Of a stretch of 56,132 nucleotides of DNA, positions 16,944 to 26,185 are shown in pieces. The stretch is taken from NCBI GenBank assembly GCA_964426585.1, contig CAYRQZ010000005.1, positions 1 to 56,132 of the forward strand, written 5' to 3'. Under the pieces are notes generated by a model that was not told the origin of the DNA, ran no database searches, and was given only the letters and a program-made list of their open reading frames with translations. How positions within the stretch are numbered: position 1 is the first letter of the stretch; each line of letters opens with the position of its first letter. The stretch is from an uncultured Bacteroidales bacterium (GTDB taxonomy: Bacteria > Bacteroidota > Bacteroidia > Bacteroidales > ML635J-15). The position numbers and the translations under genes were made by a program.

Positions 16944-18323
16944 ATGGAATTACCATTCGCAGAACCGTATAGAATAAAAATGATTGAGCCTATCAAACTT
17001 AGTACAAGAAACGAAAGAGCTCAATGGATAATAGATGCAAAATACAATTTATTTAAACTTACAAGCGACCAAGTTTATATTGATATGCTTACCGACAGTG
17101 GCACTGGAGCAATGAGTGACCGCCAATGGGCAGCTATTATGACTGGCGATGAATCTTATGCAGGCTCTCGCAGTTTTTTTGAACTTAAAAATAGGATTAA
17201 ACAATTAATGGGTTTCGACTTTATCTTACCCACACATCAAGGGCGTGCTGCCGAAAATGTTTTATTTTCTGTTCTTATTAATAAAGAAGGAATGATAGTA
17301 CCTGGCAACTCTCATTTCGACACTACAAAAGGTCATATCGAATATCGTAAAGCAAAAGCTATAGATTGTACTATTGACGAAGCCTTTGACACAACTTTGG
17401 ATCACCCATTTAAAGGAAACGTTGACTTAAAAAAATTAGAAGAAGTTTACAAAAGTTATCCTAAAGAACAAATTCCTTGTGTTGTTGTAACAGTAACTTG
17501 CAATACTTCTGGAGGACAGCCAGTTTCAATGGAAAATATGAAAGCAGTTTACGAGTTAAGCCAAAAGTATCAAATACCAGTACTTTACGACTCAGCACGT
17601 TTTGCAGAAAATGCTTATTTTATAAAACTTCGTGAAAAAGCTTATGAAAATTGGACAATAAAAGAAATTGTTGCCGAGATGTATAAATATGCCGATATAG
17701 CAACAATGAGTTCAAAAAAAGACGGGCTTGTAAATATTGGTGGCTTTATTGGTTTTCACAGCGAAGATTTGTATCGTCAGGCTTGTACTTTTAATATAAT
17801 GTTTGAGGGTTTTGTTACCTACGGGGGCATGGCTGGGCGTGATATGGCTGCCTTAGCTGTTGGATTAGACGAAAGTACAGAATTTAGTTATTTAGAAACA
17901 AGAATTAGACAAGTCGAATATCTTGGAAATAAACTTATTGAATATGGCGTGCCAATTCAATATCCAATTGGCGGTCATGCAATTTTTGTTGATGCTAATA
18001 AATTTTTACCAAACCTTCCAAAAGAGCAGTTCAGAGCACAAACTCTTGGAATAGAACTTTATATTGAAGGTGGAATTCGTGGCGTGGAAATAGGTGCAAT
18101 ATTAGCCGACCGCGACCCTATTACTCGTGAAAATCGTTATCCAAAATTAGAACTATTGAGATTAGCTGTCGCAAGAAGAACCTATACAAATAACCATATA
18201 GACTATATTGCTGCAGCTCTAAAAAATGTTTATGATAGACGAAACGAAATCACAAAAGGTTATGATATTGCTTGGGAAGCACCAATAATGCGACATTTTA
18301 CTGTTGAACTTAAAAAAGTTTAA
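16944..18323 (+). CDS. tnaA: Tryptophanase / beta-eliminating lyase (tyrosine phenol-lyase not excluded)
   Basis: AEPYRIKMIEP, DMLTDSGTGAMSDRQWAA, PTHQGRAAE, DSARFAENAYFIKLRE, YKYADIATMSSKKDGLVNIGG and GGHAIFVDA. The closest resemblance by eye is to TnaA. Confidence 0.85.
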   Translation: MELPFAEPYRIKMIEPIKLSTRNERAQWIIDAKYNLFKLTSDQVYIDMLTDSGTGAMSDRQWAAIMTGDESYAGSRSFFELKNRIKQLMGFDFILPTHQGRAAENVLFSVLINKEGMIVPGNSHFDTTKGHIEYRKAKAIDCTIDEAFDTTLDHPFKGNVDLKKLEEVYKSYPKEQIPCVVVTVTCNTSGGQPVSMENMKAVYELSQKYQIPVLYDSARFAENAYFIKLREKAYENWTIKEIVAEMYKYADIATMSSKKDGLVNIGGFIGFHSEDLYRQACTFNIMFEGFVTYGGMAGRDMAALAVGLDESTEFSYLETRIRQVEYLGNKLIEYGVPIQYPIGGHAIFVDANKFLPNLPKEQFRAQTLGIELYIEGGIRGVEIGAILADRDPITRENRYPKLELLRLAVARRTYTNNHIDYIAAALKNVYDRRNEITKGYDIAWEAPIMRHFTVELKKV

Positions 18324-18336
18324 ATTATTATAAAAA

Positions 18337-18378
18337 GGAGCTGTCTCAAAAATATTTTTGTGGCAGCTTCTTTTTTTT
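18337..18378. terminator. Terminator between tnaA and the convergent SOD gene
   Basis: GGAGCTGTC ... GGCAGCTTC stem (two G-U pairs) followed by T8. Confidence 0.5.
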
Positions 18379-18392
18379 ATTCAAAATATCAA

Positions 18393-18965
18393 TTACAATC
18401 TTTCTTGGATTTTTTTCCAATCTACAAGTTCCCAGAAATTGCTTAAATACTTAGGTCTAAGGTTTTGATAATCAAGATAGTAAGCATGTTCCCAAACATC
18501 TGCTGTTAAAAGAGCTTTGTCGCTAGTTGTTAAAGGATTTCCTGCATTTGAAGTGCCAACAATTTTTAATTCTCTTTCGTTGCTAATTACCAACCAAGCC
18601 CAAGCAGATCCAAATAAACCTGTTGCAATAGTATTAAAATCTTCTTTAAATTTATCAAAAGACCCCCATTTTGCGTTAATTAATTCAGCAAGTTTGCCAC
18701 TTGGTTCTTTTTGTGGATTGCCAGAAAAACCTTCCCAATAAAAAGTGTGATTCCAAACTTGAGCAGCATTGTTAAAAATTGCCCCTTCCGAAGTTTTTAT
18801 AATTTCTTCTAAGTCTTTACCAGCAAATTCGCTGTTTTCAATTAAAGAATTTAGCTTATTTACATAGCCTTGATGGTGTTTTGTGTAATGAAATTCAACA
18901 GTTTTTGCACTAATGTGAGGCTCTAAAGCACTCATCTCATAAGGTAGTTTTTTAAGTTCTATCAT
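18393..18965 (-). CDS. Superoxide dismutase (Fe/Mn family)
   Basis: LPYEMSALEPHIS, FHYTKHH, NNAAQVWNHTFYW and DVWEHAYYLDYQN motifs. Confidence 0.93.
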   Translation of the reverse strand: MIELKKLPYEMSALEPHISAKTVEFHYTKHHQGYVNKLNSLIENSEFAGKDLEEIIKTSEGAIFNNAAQVWNHTFYWEGFSGNPQKEPSGKLAELINAKWGSFDKFKEDFNTIATGLFGSAWAWLVISNERELKIVGTSNAGNPLTTSDKALLTADVWEHAYYLDYQNLRPKYLSNFWELVDWKKIQERL

Positions 18966-19086
18966 TTTATTTCGTTTTTGGTTATTATTAACATTTTAAA
19001 CCACTAATATATAAAATTGTTAAGAAAAAATTTAGTCTTATTCAAAATTTAGAGAAATTCTAAATAATAAAGGCAAAAAAACTAAA

Positions 19087-19929
19087 TTAAATACAAGGTA
19101 TATATAAATCTTTTTTAGGATTAATGCATAGAACAGGAATCCCTGCCACATTTGAGACAATTGAAGTTTCCGGGTATCCGAAAATTTTAGTTATTAAATT
19201 ATCTTTTGAACTAATTAGTATACTGATACAAAATGCGTCTTGTTCATCTGCATACTTTAACGCAGTTTTTTCTATGGATCTATTTACCCTTTTTTGTGTT
19301 TTATGTTGATAATTTAAACTATAATTATTAAAAAATGAAGTTGTGAACTTTACATTTTTCTTTAAATTATCTTGTGGATTTTCGTAATAAAACAAATCAA
19401 TAGCTATTTTTAAATTTAAAGCAAAATAAGTTGCCCAGCCAACTTTTTGTTTAGCTTCATTTTCAAAGCTCATTGGCAATAATATTTTTTTCTTATTATC
19501 AGGAACAGGGCTGTTCTTTTGGATAACAAAATATGGTATTCTAGCTTTTCTAATAATTTTAATAAGAGATGAGCCAGAAATAAATTGAGGGTCATTTTTC
19601 CCGTGAGTACCAATTATAACTAAAAAGGCATCTATCCTTTCGGCGTTTGAGTTTATAATTGTACAGGTACAACCTTCTTCTAAGATAAACTGACAATCGA
19701 CACCGTGGGTAGTTTTTATATCTTGACAAAGTGCTAATAGAGCTTGTCTAGCTTCAAATTCTGTGTCGGATTTACAAAAATACAAATTTGAATTTTCGTT
19801 AATAACATATACAATTTGAAGATTTCGTTTAAATTTTTTTGCAAGAAAAATAGCCCACAAAACGCTTTTTTCGCCAACTTCTGTAAAATCGGTATACACT
19901 AAAATATCTTGATTTTTTTTTGCTCCCAT
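19087..19929 (-). CDS. Universal stress protein family, tandem-domain type (280 aa)
   Basis: ILVYTDFTEVG, VIIGTHGKNDPQFISGSSLIKIIRKARIPYFVI (G-x2-G-x9-GS-like ATP motif) and a second, weaker Usp-like half. Confidence 0.6.
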   Translation of the reverse strand: MGAKKNQDILVYTDFTEVGEKSVLWAIFLAKKFKRNLQIVYVINENSNLYFCKSDTEFEARQALLALCQDIKTTHGVDCQFILEEGCTCTIINSNAERIDAFLVIIGTHGKNDPQFISGSSLIKIIRKARIPYFVIQKNSPVPDNKKKILLPMSFENEAKQKVGWATYFALNLKIAIDLFYYENPQDNLKKNVKFTTSFFNNYSLNYQHKTQKRVNRSIEKTALKYADEQDAFCISILISSKDNLITKIFGYPETSIVSNVAGIPVLCINPKKDLYIPCI

Positions 19930-20058
19930 TTTTGTTAAGTATTATTTGCGAAATTAAAAATTATTGTTGAACGAAAAATATTTTATAAAGTAATTATTAT
20001 TTAGGGCATATAAAAATAAAAAAACTCTTTAAGATTTTGAAAAAATTGCATTTTTACG

Positions 20059-20066
20059 TAGTTTTG
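20059..20066 (+). promoter_or_regulatory. Bacteroidota -7 box (TAGTTTTG)
   Basis: TAnnTTTG match 20 nt upstream of ATG 20086. Confidence 0.45.
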
Positions 20067-20085
20067 TTTTTATAAATTTAAAATT

Positions 20086-21885
20086 ATGAGGTTATTTACT
20101 TATTTTATTGCAATTTTTATAACAAGTTTAGCATTTTCGCAAAACAATTCTGGTAAGTTAATAATATTACATACAAATGACTTACATAGTAATTTAACAG
20201 GATTTTCACCAGAATTAGAATATACGCCTTGTATTACAGGAGATGATAACACACGTGCAGGTTTTTCCCGAATAGCAGCGCTGATAAAAATGGAAAGAGC
20301 TTCTAATCCCGACAATGTTTTGGTCCTTGACGCAGGCGATTATTTAATGGGTACGCTTTTTCATGTTTTAGAAATTGAAGATGGTTTTCAGCTTAATTTG
20401 ATGAAAAAAATGGGTTACGATATTGTTTCAGTTGGAAATCACGAGTTCGACTTCGGTCCAAGGGCATTTGCTAAAATTATTAATAAAAATCTTGAAAAGG
20501 GAGAAATTCCTGAAATTACTTTTGCAAATGTTGAATTTTCAAAAAAGTCTAATTTAGACGATGAGTTTGAATATCTATTCGAAAAAGAAATTATTAGACC
20601 TTATACTATTATAAAAAAAGGAAATTTAAAAATAGGAGTTTTTGGTATTTTGGGCGAAGACGCCACAGATGTAGCTCCAAACTCTAAGCCTTTAAAAATT
20701 ACCAATAGGTTTAAAATTTCAAAAAGAATTGTAAAAATATTAAGAGAAAAAGAAAAAGTTGATTTCGTAATTTGCTTATCTCATAGTGGAGTTGTAAAAG
20801 ATAAAAACGGAAATTGGACAGGCGAAGATTTAGATTTAGCAAGAAAAGTAAAAGGAATAGATTTAATAATTTCTGGGCATACACATACAGAAATTTTTGA
20901 CCCTATAATTATCGGAAATACAACTATTGTTCAAACAGGATCGCAAGGAAAATACCTTGGCCGTTATGAGGTAAATATTTTTAATGGGGGGATTAAATCG
21001 TCAAAATACCAATTAATTCCTGTTGATGACAATATTTTAGGAGATTGTAAGATTCATCAAGAAATTGCAAATCGTATTAGGACAATTGATGATTCTCTTT
21101 TGCGTCCATTTAATTTAGGTTATTTTAGACCATTAGCCGAAACTGATTTTAATTTAGTAATTGATGAATTAGGAGTTTTAGATTCAAGTAATTTAGGTTT
21201 ATTAGTTTCTGACGCTATTTTATACTATATAAATAATTTTTCAACAGTAAAAACAGACATTTCATTAGTTGCAGCAGGGGTTATTCGAGATCAAATTAGA
21301 CAAGGTAATAAAGGTATTCAAACAGCTGTAGATATTTTTAGAGTGATGAGTTTAGGCGAAGGAGATGATAATATTCCAGGCTACCCACTAGCCCAAGTTT
21401 ATCTTACAGCAAACGAAATTAAAAATTTATTAGAAATTTTAATAGTAGCTCCTAAATTACGTCCTTCATATTATTGTTTTTTTAGTGGAATAAAGGTTTT
21501 TTATGATGGAAATAAATCTATGTTAAAAAAAATCTATAAAATAGAAATTAATGGGGAAGAAATTAATTTTTCAAAGAAGAACAAAACCTTATACAGCCTT
21601 TCAGCCAACTCATATATGCTTGAGTTTGTAGGAAAAGTAAGAGGCATGACTTTTGGATTGGTTAAAATTATACCTAAAAATTCAGAAGGTCAAAAAATTA
21701 CTAATAATAAAGATACTTGGATAGACTTTGATGTTGAAAAATCAGGGATACAAGAAGGAAAAGAATGGTTTGCCTTAGTTAAGTATTTACAATCATTCCC
21801 AGATTTAAATTCAAATCGTTTACCAGATATTCCAGAAAACTACAAGCATGCACAATTAAATATTATTAATACTTCAATAAAATAA
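20086..21885 (+). CDS. Secreted 5'-nucleotidase / UDP-sugar hydrolase-like metallophosphoesterase (599 aa)
   Basis: Signal peptide. ILHTNDLHS, DAGDYLMGT, GNHEFD, LSHSG and SGHTH motifs, plus a C-terminal 5'-nucleotidase-like domain. Confidence 0.85.
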   Translation: MRLFTYFIAIFITSLAFSQNNSGKLIILHTNDLHSNLTGFSPELEYTPCITGDDNTRAGFSRIAALIKMERASNPDNVLVLDAGDYLMGTLFHVLEIEDGFQLNLMKKMGYDIVSVGNHEFDFGPRAFAKIINKNLEKGEIPEITFANVEFSKKSNLDDEFEYLFEKEIIRPYTIIKKGNLKIGVFGILGEDATDVAPNSKPLKITNRFKISKRIVKILREKEKVDFVICLSHSGVVKDKNGNWTGEDLDLARKVKGIDLIISGHTHTEIFDPIIIGNTTIVQTGSQGKYLGRYEVNIFNGGIKSSKYQLIPVDDNILGDCKIHQEIANRIRTIDDSLLRPFNLGYFRPLAETDFNLVIDELGVLDSSNLGLLVSDAILYYINNFSTVKTDISLVAAGVIRDQIRQGNKGIQTAVDIFRVMSLGEGDDNIPGYPLAQVYLTANEIKNLLEILIVAPKLRPSYYCFFSGIKVFYDGNKSMLKKIYKIEINGEEINFSKKNKTLYSLSANSYMLEFVGKVRGMTFGLVKIIPKNSEGQKITNNKDTWIDFDVEKSGIQEGKEWFALVKYLQSFPDLNSNRLPDIPENYKHAQLNIINTSIK

Positions 21886-21912
21886 AGAAAGCAGTTAAAA
21901 CTGCTTCTTTAT
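21885..21912. terminator. Bidirectional terminator between the nucleotidase and FTCD genes
   Basis: AAGAAAGCAG-ttaaaa-CTGCTTCTTT. Confidence 0.55.
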
Positions 21913-21913
21913 C

Positions 21914-23605
21914 TTAAATTTTAGCAAGGACAATCTCCATAATTTCTTTTTCAATTTCAAGCGCCTTTCTTTCAATATCGCTAGCTTGGTCAATTAATTT
22001 TTCGAGGAAAATTTTATCTTTATAACTACCTGCATTAATTCTCACATTTAAAAATCCGCCTTGCACACCCGCCCGAGCAGCTAAAGCACCGACAGCAGCA
22101 TCACTAGCCGAGGCTTCGAGTCCTGTTTTAGCCATTTCGAGCATAACTTCCATGCTATCGCAACAAACTTGCATAGTTTTAAAAGGGATTTCAATTGCAT
22201 ATTTTGTAGCTTCTTGGATAGCTTGTGAGCGTAAAGTTTTTTCGTCATCGTTAGTTTTAGGCAATCCATAAGCTTCTAAAATTTTATTATAAGCTAAAGT
22301 ATCCTCATCAACAAGTTTTAGAAGTTGGTCGTGATACTCTTTCCCTTTTTCTGCCCAGTCGCTATAAGTTATCCACCTATCATCGTGTCGATATTTATTA
22401 GCCGTAAGGTTTGCAACCATAGTTCCTAATGCAGCACCTAAGGCTCCCATATAAGCAGAAACAGAACCGCCTCCAGGAGCTGGAGCTTCAGAAGCAGCTG
22501 TATGGCAGAATTTTACTAAATCCATGTCAACAAGTCTTTTACCAGATTCTTCTTCGAGCATGTATTCAATAATATTTTTCTTAGGATCAAAAGGTTTTAG
22601 TTCGTCAAGTCCAAGTGATTTTACAGCAATTTTAATAATTTCGGCATCAGAAATTCCTGAGGAACGCCCTTGTTTCTTCAAAAAATATTTTCCTGCGTCA
22701 AGAATAGCTTTAAGTGGCATAACTCCTACCAATTCGGAGCCAGTAACTCTAACACCGTTAGCATTAGCTCTTTCGCAAACTGTATCAAAAGCAATGTGAA
22801 CAGGAGTAATACTAATGTCGGTAAGGTTCATTGAAATTTGAGCAACTCCATATTCTTCAATATACCAGCCTATTGCTTTTACCGATTTTAATAAGCCTGG
22901 TTCATAAACTTTATTCCCATTTTCATCTAGAATAGCTTTTCCGGTAATTGGATGCCCATCGCGTTTTACTCTACCTTTTTCGCGAACATCAAAAGCTATT
23001 GAGTTTGCTTTAAAAACAGAAGTTGTATTCAAATTTATATTATAAGCTACAAGAAAATTTCTTGCACCAACAGCTGTTGCACCAGTTTTCATAGTATGAG
23101 CATCCCAGATATTTGAACCGAAATCTGGTTTCCATTCTTCGGTAATTATACGTTTAGCTAATCCTTCATATTCGCCACTACGACAATTTGCTAAATTTTT
23201 ACGATTAGGTTTAAAAGCTGCATTTTCATAACAAAATATCGGGATGTTAAGCTCGTTACCAATTCTTTTAGCTAATTTTCGTGCATATTCAACGGTTTCT
23301 TCCATGCTAATATTTGAAATTGGAATAAGCGGGCAAACATCAGTAGCCCCAAATCGTGGGTGAGCTCCTTTATGTTTGTTCATGTCTATTATTTCAGATG
23401 CCTTTTTAACAGCTAAAAAAGCAGCTTCGATAACTTCGTTGGGTGTGCCAACAAAAGTTACAACAGTGCGATTTGTCGCTGCGCCAGGGTCAACGTCTAA
23501 AAGTTTTATCCCGTCAATACTTTCAATAACATCTGTTATTTGCTTAATAATTGACATGTCGCGACCTTCGCTAAAATTTGGAACACATTCAATAATTTGT
23601 TTCAT
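21914..23605 (-). CDS. Bifunctional glutamate formimidoyltransferase / formimidoyl-THF cyclodeaminase (fused FTCD)
   Basis: N-terminal MKQIIECVPNFSEGRD and FT domains. The C-terminal roughly 200 aa is a helical cyclodeaminase domain (SEAPAPGGGSVSAYMGALGAALGTMV). Start set at ATG 23605. The ORF-track 23629 is a TTG inside a minus-strand TAATTTTG box (23627-23634). Confidence 0.88.
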   Translation of the reverse strand: MKQIIECVPNFSEGRDMSIIKQITDVIESIDGIKLLDVDPGAATNRTVVTFVGTPNEVIEAAFLAVKKASEIIDMNKHKGAHPRFGATDVCPLIPISNISMEETVEYARKLAKRIGNELNIPIFCYENAAFKPNRKNLANCRSGEYEGLAKRIITEEWKPDFGSNIWDAHTMKTGATAVGARNFLVAYNINLNTTSVFKANSIAFDVREKGRVKRDGHPITGKAILDENGNKVYEPGLLKSVKAIGWYIEEYGVAQISMNLTDISITPVHIAFDTVCERANANGVRVTGSELVGVMPLKAILDAGKYFLKKQGRSSGISDAEIIKIAVKSLGLDELKPFDPKKNIIEYMLEEESGKRLVDMDLVKFCHTAASEAPAPGGGSVSAYMGALGAALGTMVANLTANKYRHDDRWITYSDWAEKGKEYHDQLLKLVDEDTLAYNKILEAYGLPKTNDDEKTLRSQAIQEATKYAIEIPFKTMQVCCDSMEVMLEMAKTGLEASASDAAVGALAARAGVQGGFLNVRINAGSYKDKIFLEKLIDQASDIERKALEIEKEIMEIVLAKI

Positions 23606-23739
23606 ATTTATATTTTTATTTTTTTGCAAAATTATGAATTTTTTATTATTTTGAGAATTATTTGTTATGTTCTATGACCTGAGTTTTAAAAATTGAAACA
23701 ATAGATTTAAAATATTATGGCGTATTTTAATTTATTATA

Positions 23740-23747
23740 TAATTTTG
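23740..23747 (+). promoter_or_regulatory. Bacteroidota -7 box (TAATTTTG) overlapping the ORF-track TTG start of the Na/Pi transporter gene
   Basis: TAnnTTTG at 23740-23747. The next in-frame TTG is at 23763. Confidence 0.4.
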
Positions 23748-23762
23748 ACAAAATTTAAAAAC

Positions 23763-25814
23763 TTGAAAAAGAATCTTTCTATATTATTTTTTATTTTTCT
23801 TTTTATAAATGGGTTTACACAAGTTTTGATAAAACCACAACACGAAGCTGTTTATTCATATTCGGGCGACAATCAAACCCAAACAATTGAAAAGGATATT
23901 GAAAAGCCACTACGTGTCTTAGTTCTTGATGAAAATGGCAAAGCTCTACAAAATTATGAGTTAGTATTTACTGTTATCAGTTTTCCAAAATCTTCAAAAA
24001 ATTTTTATTTAAGCGAAACATCTGTTTTTACTAACCAAGATGGAATAGCTTCTACTTTTTTACATCTTGGCAACAAAGAAGGAAATTATGATATACTTGT
24101 AAAATCGGCTAATGACGCTAGTGCTAATAATTTAGTTTTTCGCGTAACTGCAAGAGCAAAATCTTGGTTATTCTTTCTTATTTTAGGGTTAGTAGGAGGA
24201 ATTTCTATCTTTCTTTATGGTATGAACATTCTTGGCAAAGGAATGGTTGCTGTTGCGGGGAATAAAATGAGAGATTTAATAAGCAGATTTACAAAAAATA
24301 GATTTTCAGGGCTTTTTGCAGGATTTGTTTTAACTTTATTAGTTCAATCTAGCACTGCCTCAAGTGTTCTAATTATCGGATTTGTTGAAAGTGGTTTAAT
24401 GAGCTTTGCGCAAAGTTTATCAATGATTTTAGGTGCTGCAATAGGAACAACTGTTACGGCTCAATTAATAGCCTTAAATATTACTGATTTTGCTTTGCTT
24501 ATTATCGCTATTGGTTTTATTATGTTTATGTTTTCACAGAAAAGTAAATTCAAATACATTGGTAGGGCAATTTTAGGTTTAGGCTTTTTGTTCTTAGGAA
24601 TGTATATTATTTCTTCGACTATGGCTCCGCTCAGAGATAATTCTAGTTTTATAGAATTACTTATAGGTTTAGAAAACCCACTTATCGGAATTGCAATTGG
24701 ATTTTTTGTTACAATAATTCTAAATAGCACAATAGCCTTTATAGGAATACTAATTACAATAGCTTCGCAAGGATTTTTAAGTATAGAATTAGCAATCCCT
24801 TTGATTCTTGGCACTAATATGGGCAACACTCTTATCGCTGTTTTGGCAAGTTTAAAAGCTGGACGAGAGGCTCAAAGAGTAGCTCTTGCAAATTTTTTAT
24901 TCAAATTTAGTACTGTCTTAATTTTCGTTTGGTGGATACCTGAGTTTGCAAATTTTGTTAAATCTTTTAGCTCGCCAAATATTAATGGGTTAAATGAATA
25001 TGATTATCTCGCTGAAACTGTTCCTCATCAAATTGCTAATGCACATACTATTTTTAATATCGGAATGGCAATTATTATGCTGCCCTTATTAAATGTTTAT
25101 TCTTTTATTATTAAAAAAATATTACCTAGCAAAGAGAAATTACCATTTAAACTAAAATATATAAATTTAGCAGCAAAAGAAGCTCCTGCTTTAGCCTTAA
25201 GCTTAGCAAAAAAGGAAACTAAAAATATGGGGGGAAAAATACAGGAATTAGTTTCATTAAGCCTAATGCCATTTTTAGAAAGAAATATAAATATTTTAGA
25301 AAATTGGCAAAAATTAGAAAATGAAGCCGATTTTTTGCAAAAACATATCAATAAATACCTTGTAAGCGTTAGTAATCAAAGCATCGACGAAACACAACTT
25401 AACGAAGCTTTTCAAATCATGTACGTTATTAAAGAGCTAGAAATGATTGGCGACATTATAAATACTAATCTTAGACATCAAGCAACTAAATGGTTAGCCT
25501 CAAATTCCAATTTCTCAGAACAAGGTAAAGAAGAACTTCGTACTATTCATTTAAAAACTATGAAACAAATTTCTAGATCTTTGGAAGTTTTTAGTAAAGT
25601 TAATCAAGAAAAAGTTGAACATATTAGAGAAAAATACCATAAATATTCAGATCTAGCAGAAAATTTAGAAAAAAACCATTATGAAAGATTATTTAGCAAC
25701 AACGAAGATACTATTACCAGCTCGGAAATTCATTTAGAACTACTAGGTTTATTTAATTCAATAAATCGACATGCTACTAATATCGCTAAGATTCTTATTA
25801 ATTGGAAAGTCTAG
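23763..25814 (+). CDS. Na+/phosphate cotransporter (NptA/YjbB-like) with C-terminal PhoU-like domain and N-terminal Ig-like extension
   Basis: Two Na_Pi_cotrans repeats (GMVAVAGNKMRD..., QSSTASSV, GTNMGNTL). C-terminal PhoU-like helices. N-terminal roughly 130 aa: signal/TM then LRVLVLDENGKALQNYELVFTV...TNQDGIASTFLHLGNKEGNYDILV. There is no ATG near the 5' end, so the start is probably TTG 23763 ((M)KKNLSILFFIFLF...). The ORF-track start is 23745. Confidence 0.8.
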   Translation: MKKNLSILFFIFLFINGFTQVLIKPQHEAVYSYSGDNQTQTIEKDIEKPLRVLVLDENGKALQNYELVFTVISFPKSSKNFYLSETSVFTNQDGIASTFLHLGNKEGNYDILVKSANDASANNLVFRVTARAKSWLFFLILGLVGGISIFLYGMNILGKGMVAVAGNKMRDLISRFTKNRFSGLFAGFVLTLLVQSSTASSVLIIGFVESGLMSFAQSLSMILGAAIGTTVTAQLIALNITDFALLIIAIGFIMFMFSQKSKFKYIGRAILGLGFLFLGMYIISSTMAPLRDNSSFIELLIGLENPLIGIAIGFFVTIILNSTIAFIGILITIASQGFLSIELAIPLILGTNMGNTLIAVLASLKAGREAQRVALANFLFKFSTVLIFVWWIPEFANFVKSFSSPNINGLNEYDYLAETVPHQIANAHTIFNIGMAIIMLPLLNVYSFIIKKILPSKEKLPFKLKYINLAAKEAPALALSLAKKETKNMGGKIQELVSLSLMPFLERNINILENWQKLENEADFLQKHINKYLVSVSNQSIDETQLNEAFQIMYVIKELEMIGDIINTNLRHQATKWLASNSNFSEQGKEELRTIHLKTMKQISRSLEVFSKVNQEKVEHIREKYHKYSDLAENLEKNHYERLFSNNEDTITSSEIHLELLGLFNSINRHATNIAKILINWKV

Positions 25815-25899
25815 TATTTTTACTAAATAGATTTCTCATACAAAAACCCTAAGCCCTCAAAAAATCAAAAAACATCGCTTAAAATCAAAAATAATATTG

Positions 25900-25907
25900 T
25901 ATTTTTG
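25900..25907 (+). promoter_or_regulatory. Bacteroidota -7 box (TATTTTTG) before the islet ORFs
   Basis: TAnnTTTG match only 8 nt upstream of ATG 25915 (20 nt upstream of the second ATG at 25927). Confidence 0.35.
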
Positions 25908-25914
25908 AAAAATA

Positions 25915-26184
25915 ATGGTTGAAAATATGGGTTATTGGACAAACTACCGTTATGCCGAAAGCAAAAAACGCTATGCGCTAACTGTTTCAGAGTTTTACGA
26001 CAACAAACAAACCGAAGGCGTTTACCGGCAGTTTGGTGTGTCGCGGGAACGCTTTGAAACTATTTTGCGAACACTCAAAGAAAACAAAAACCGTATTCTA
26101 AATGCCGACCTAAATATGGGCTTGGACAATATCAATCTGCGGGAAGATTTAATAGCTATGGATATACTCAAAATGCTATTGTAA
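25915..26184 (+). CDS. Hypothetical protein (89 aa), translationally coupled to the RhuM-like gene
   Basis: ORF in the GC-elevated islet. Its stop TAA at 26182-26184 is 1 nt before ATG 26186. No motif recognised. Alternative start at 25927. Confidence 0.55.
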   Translation: MVENMGYWTNYRYAESKKRYALTVSEFYDNKQTEGVYRQFGVSRERFETILRTLKENKNRILNADLNMGLDNINLREDLIAMDILKMLL

Positions 26185-26185
26185 A

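Noticed and set aside
16944-18323. Assigning the beta-eliminating lyase as tyrosine phenol-lyase
   Set aside because: Long identical stretches (DSARFAENAYFIK.RE, YKYAD, MS.KKD) match my memory of TnaA better. TPL cannot be excluded without active-site alignment, so it is kept as tnaA with that caveat.
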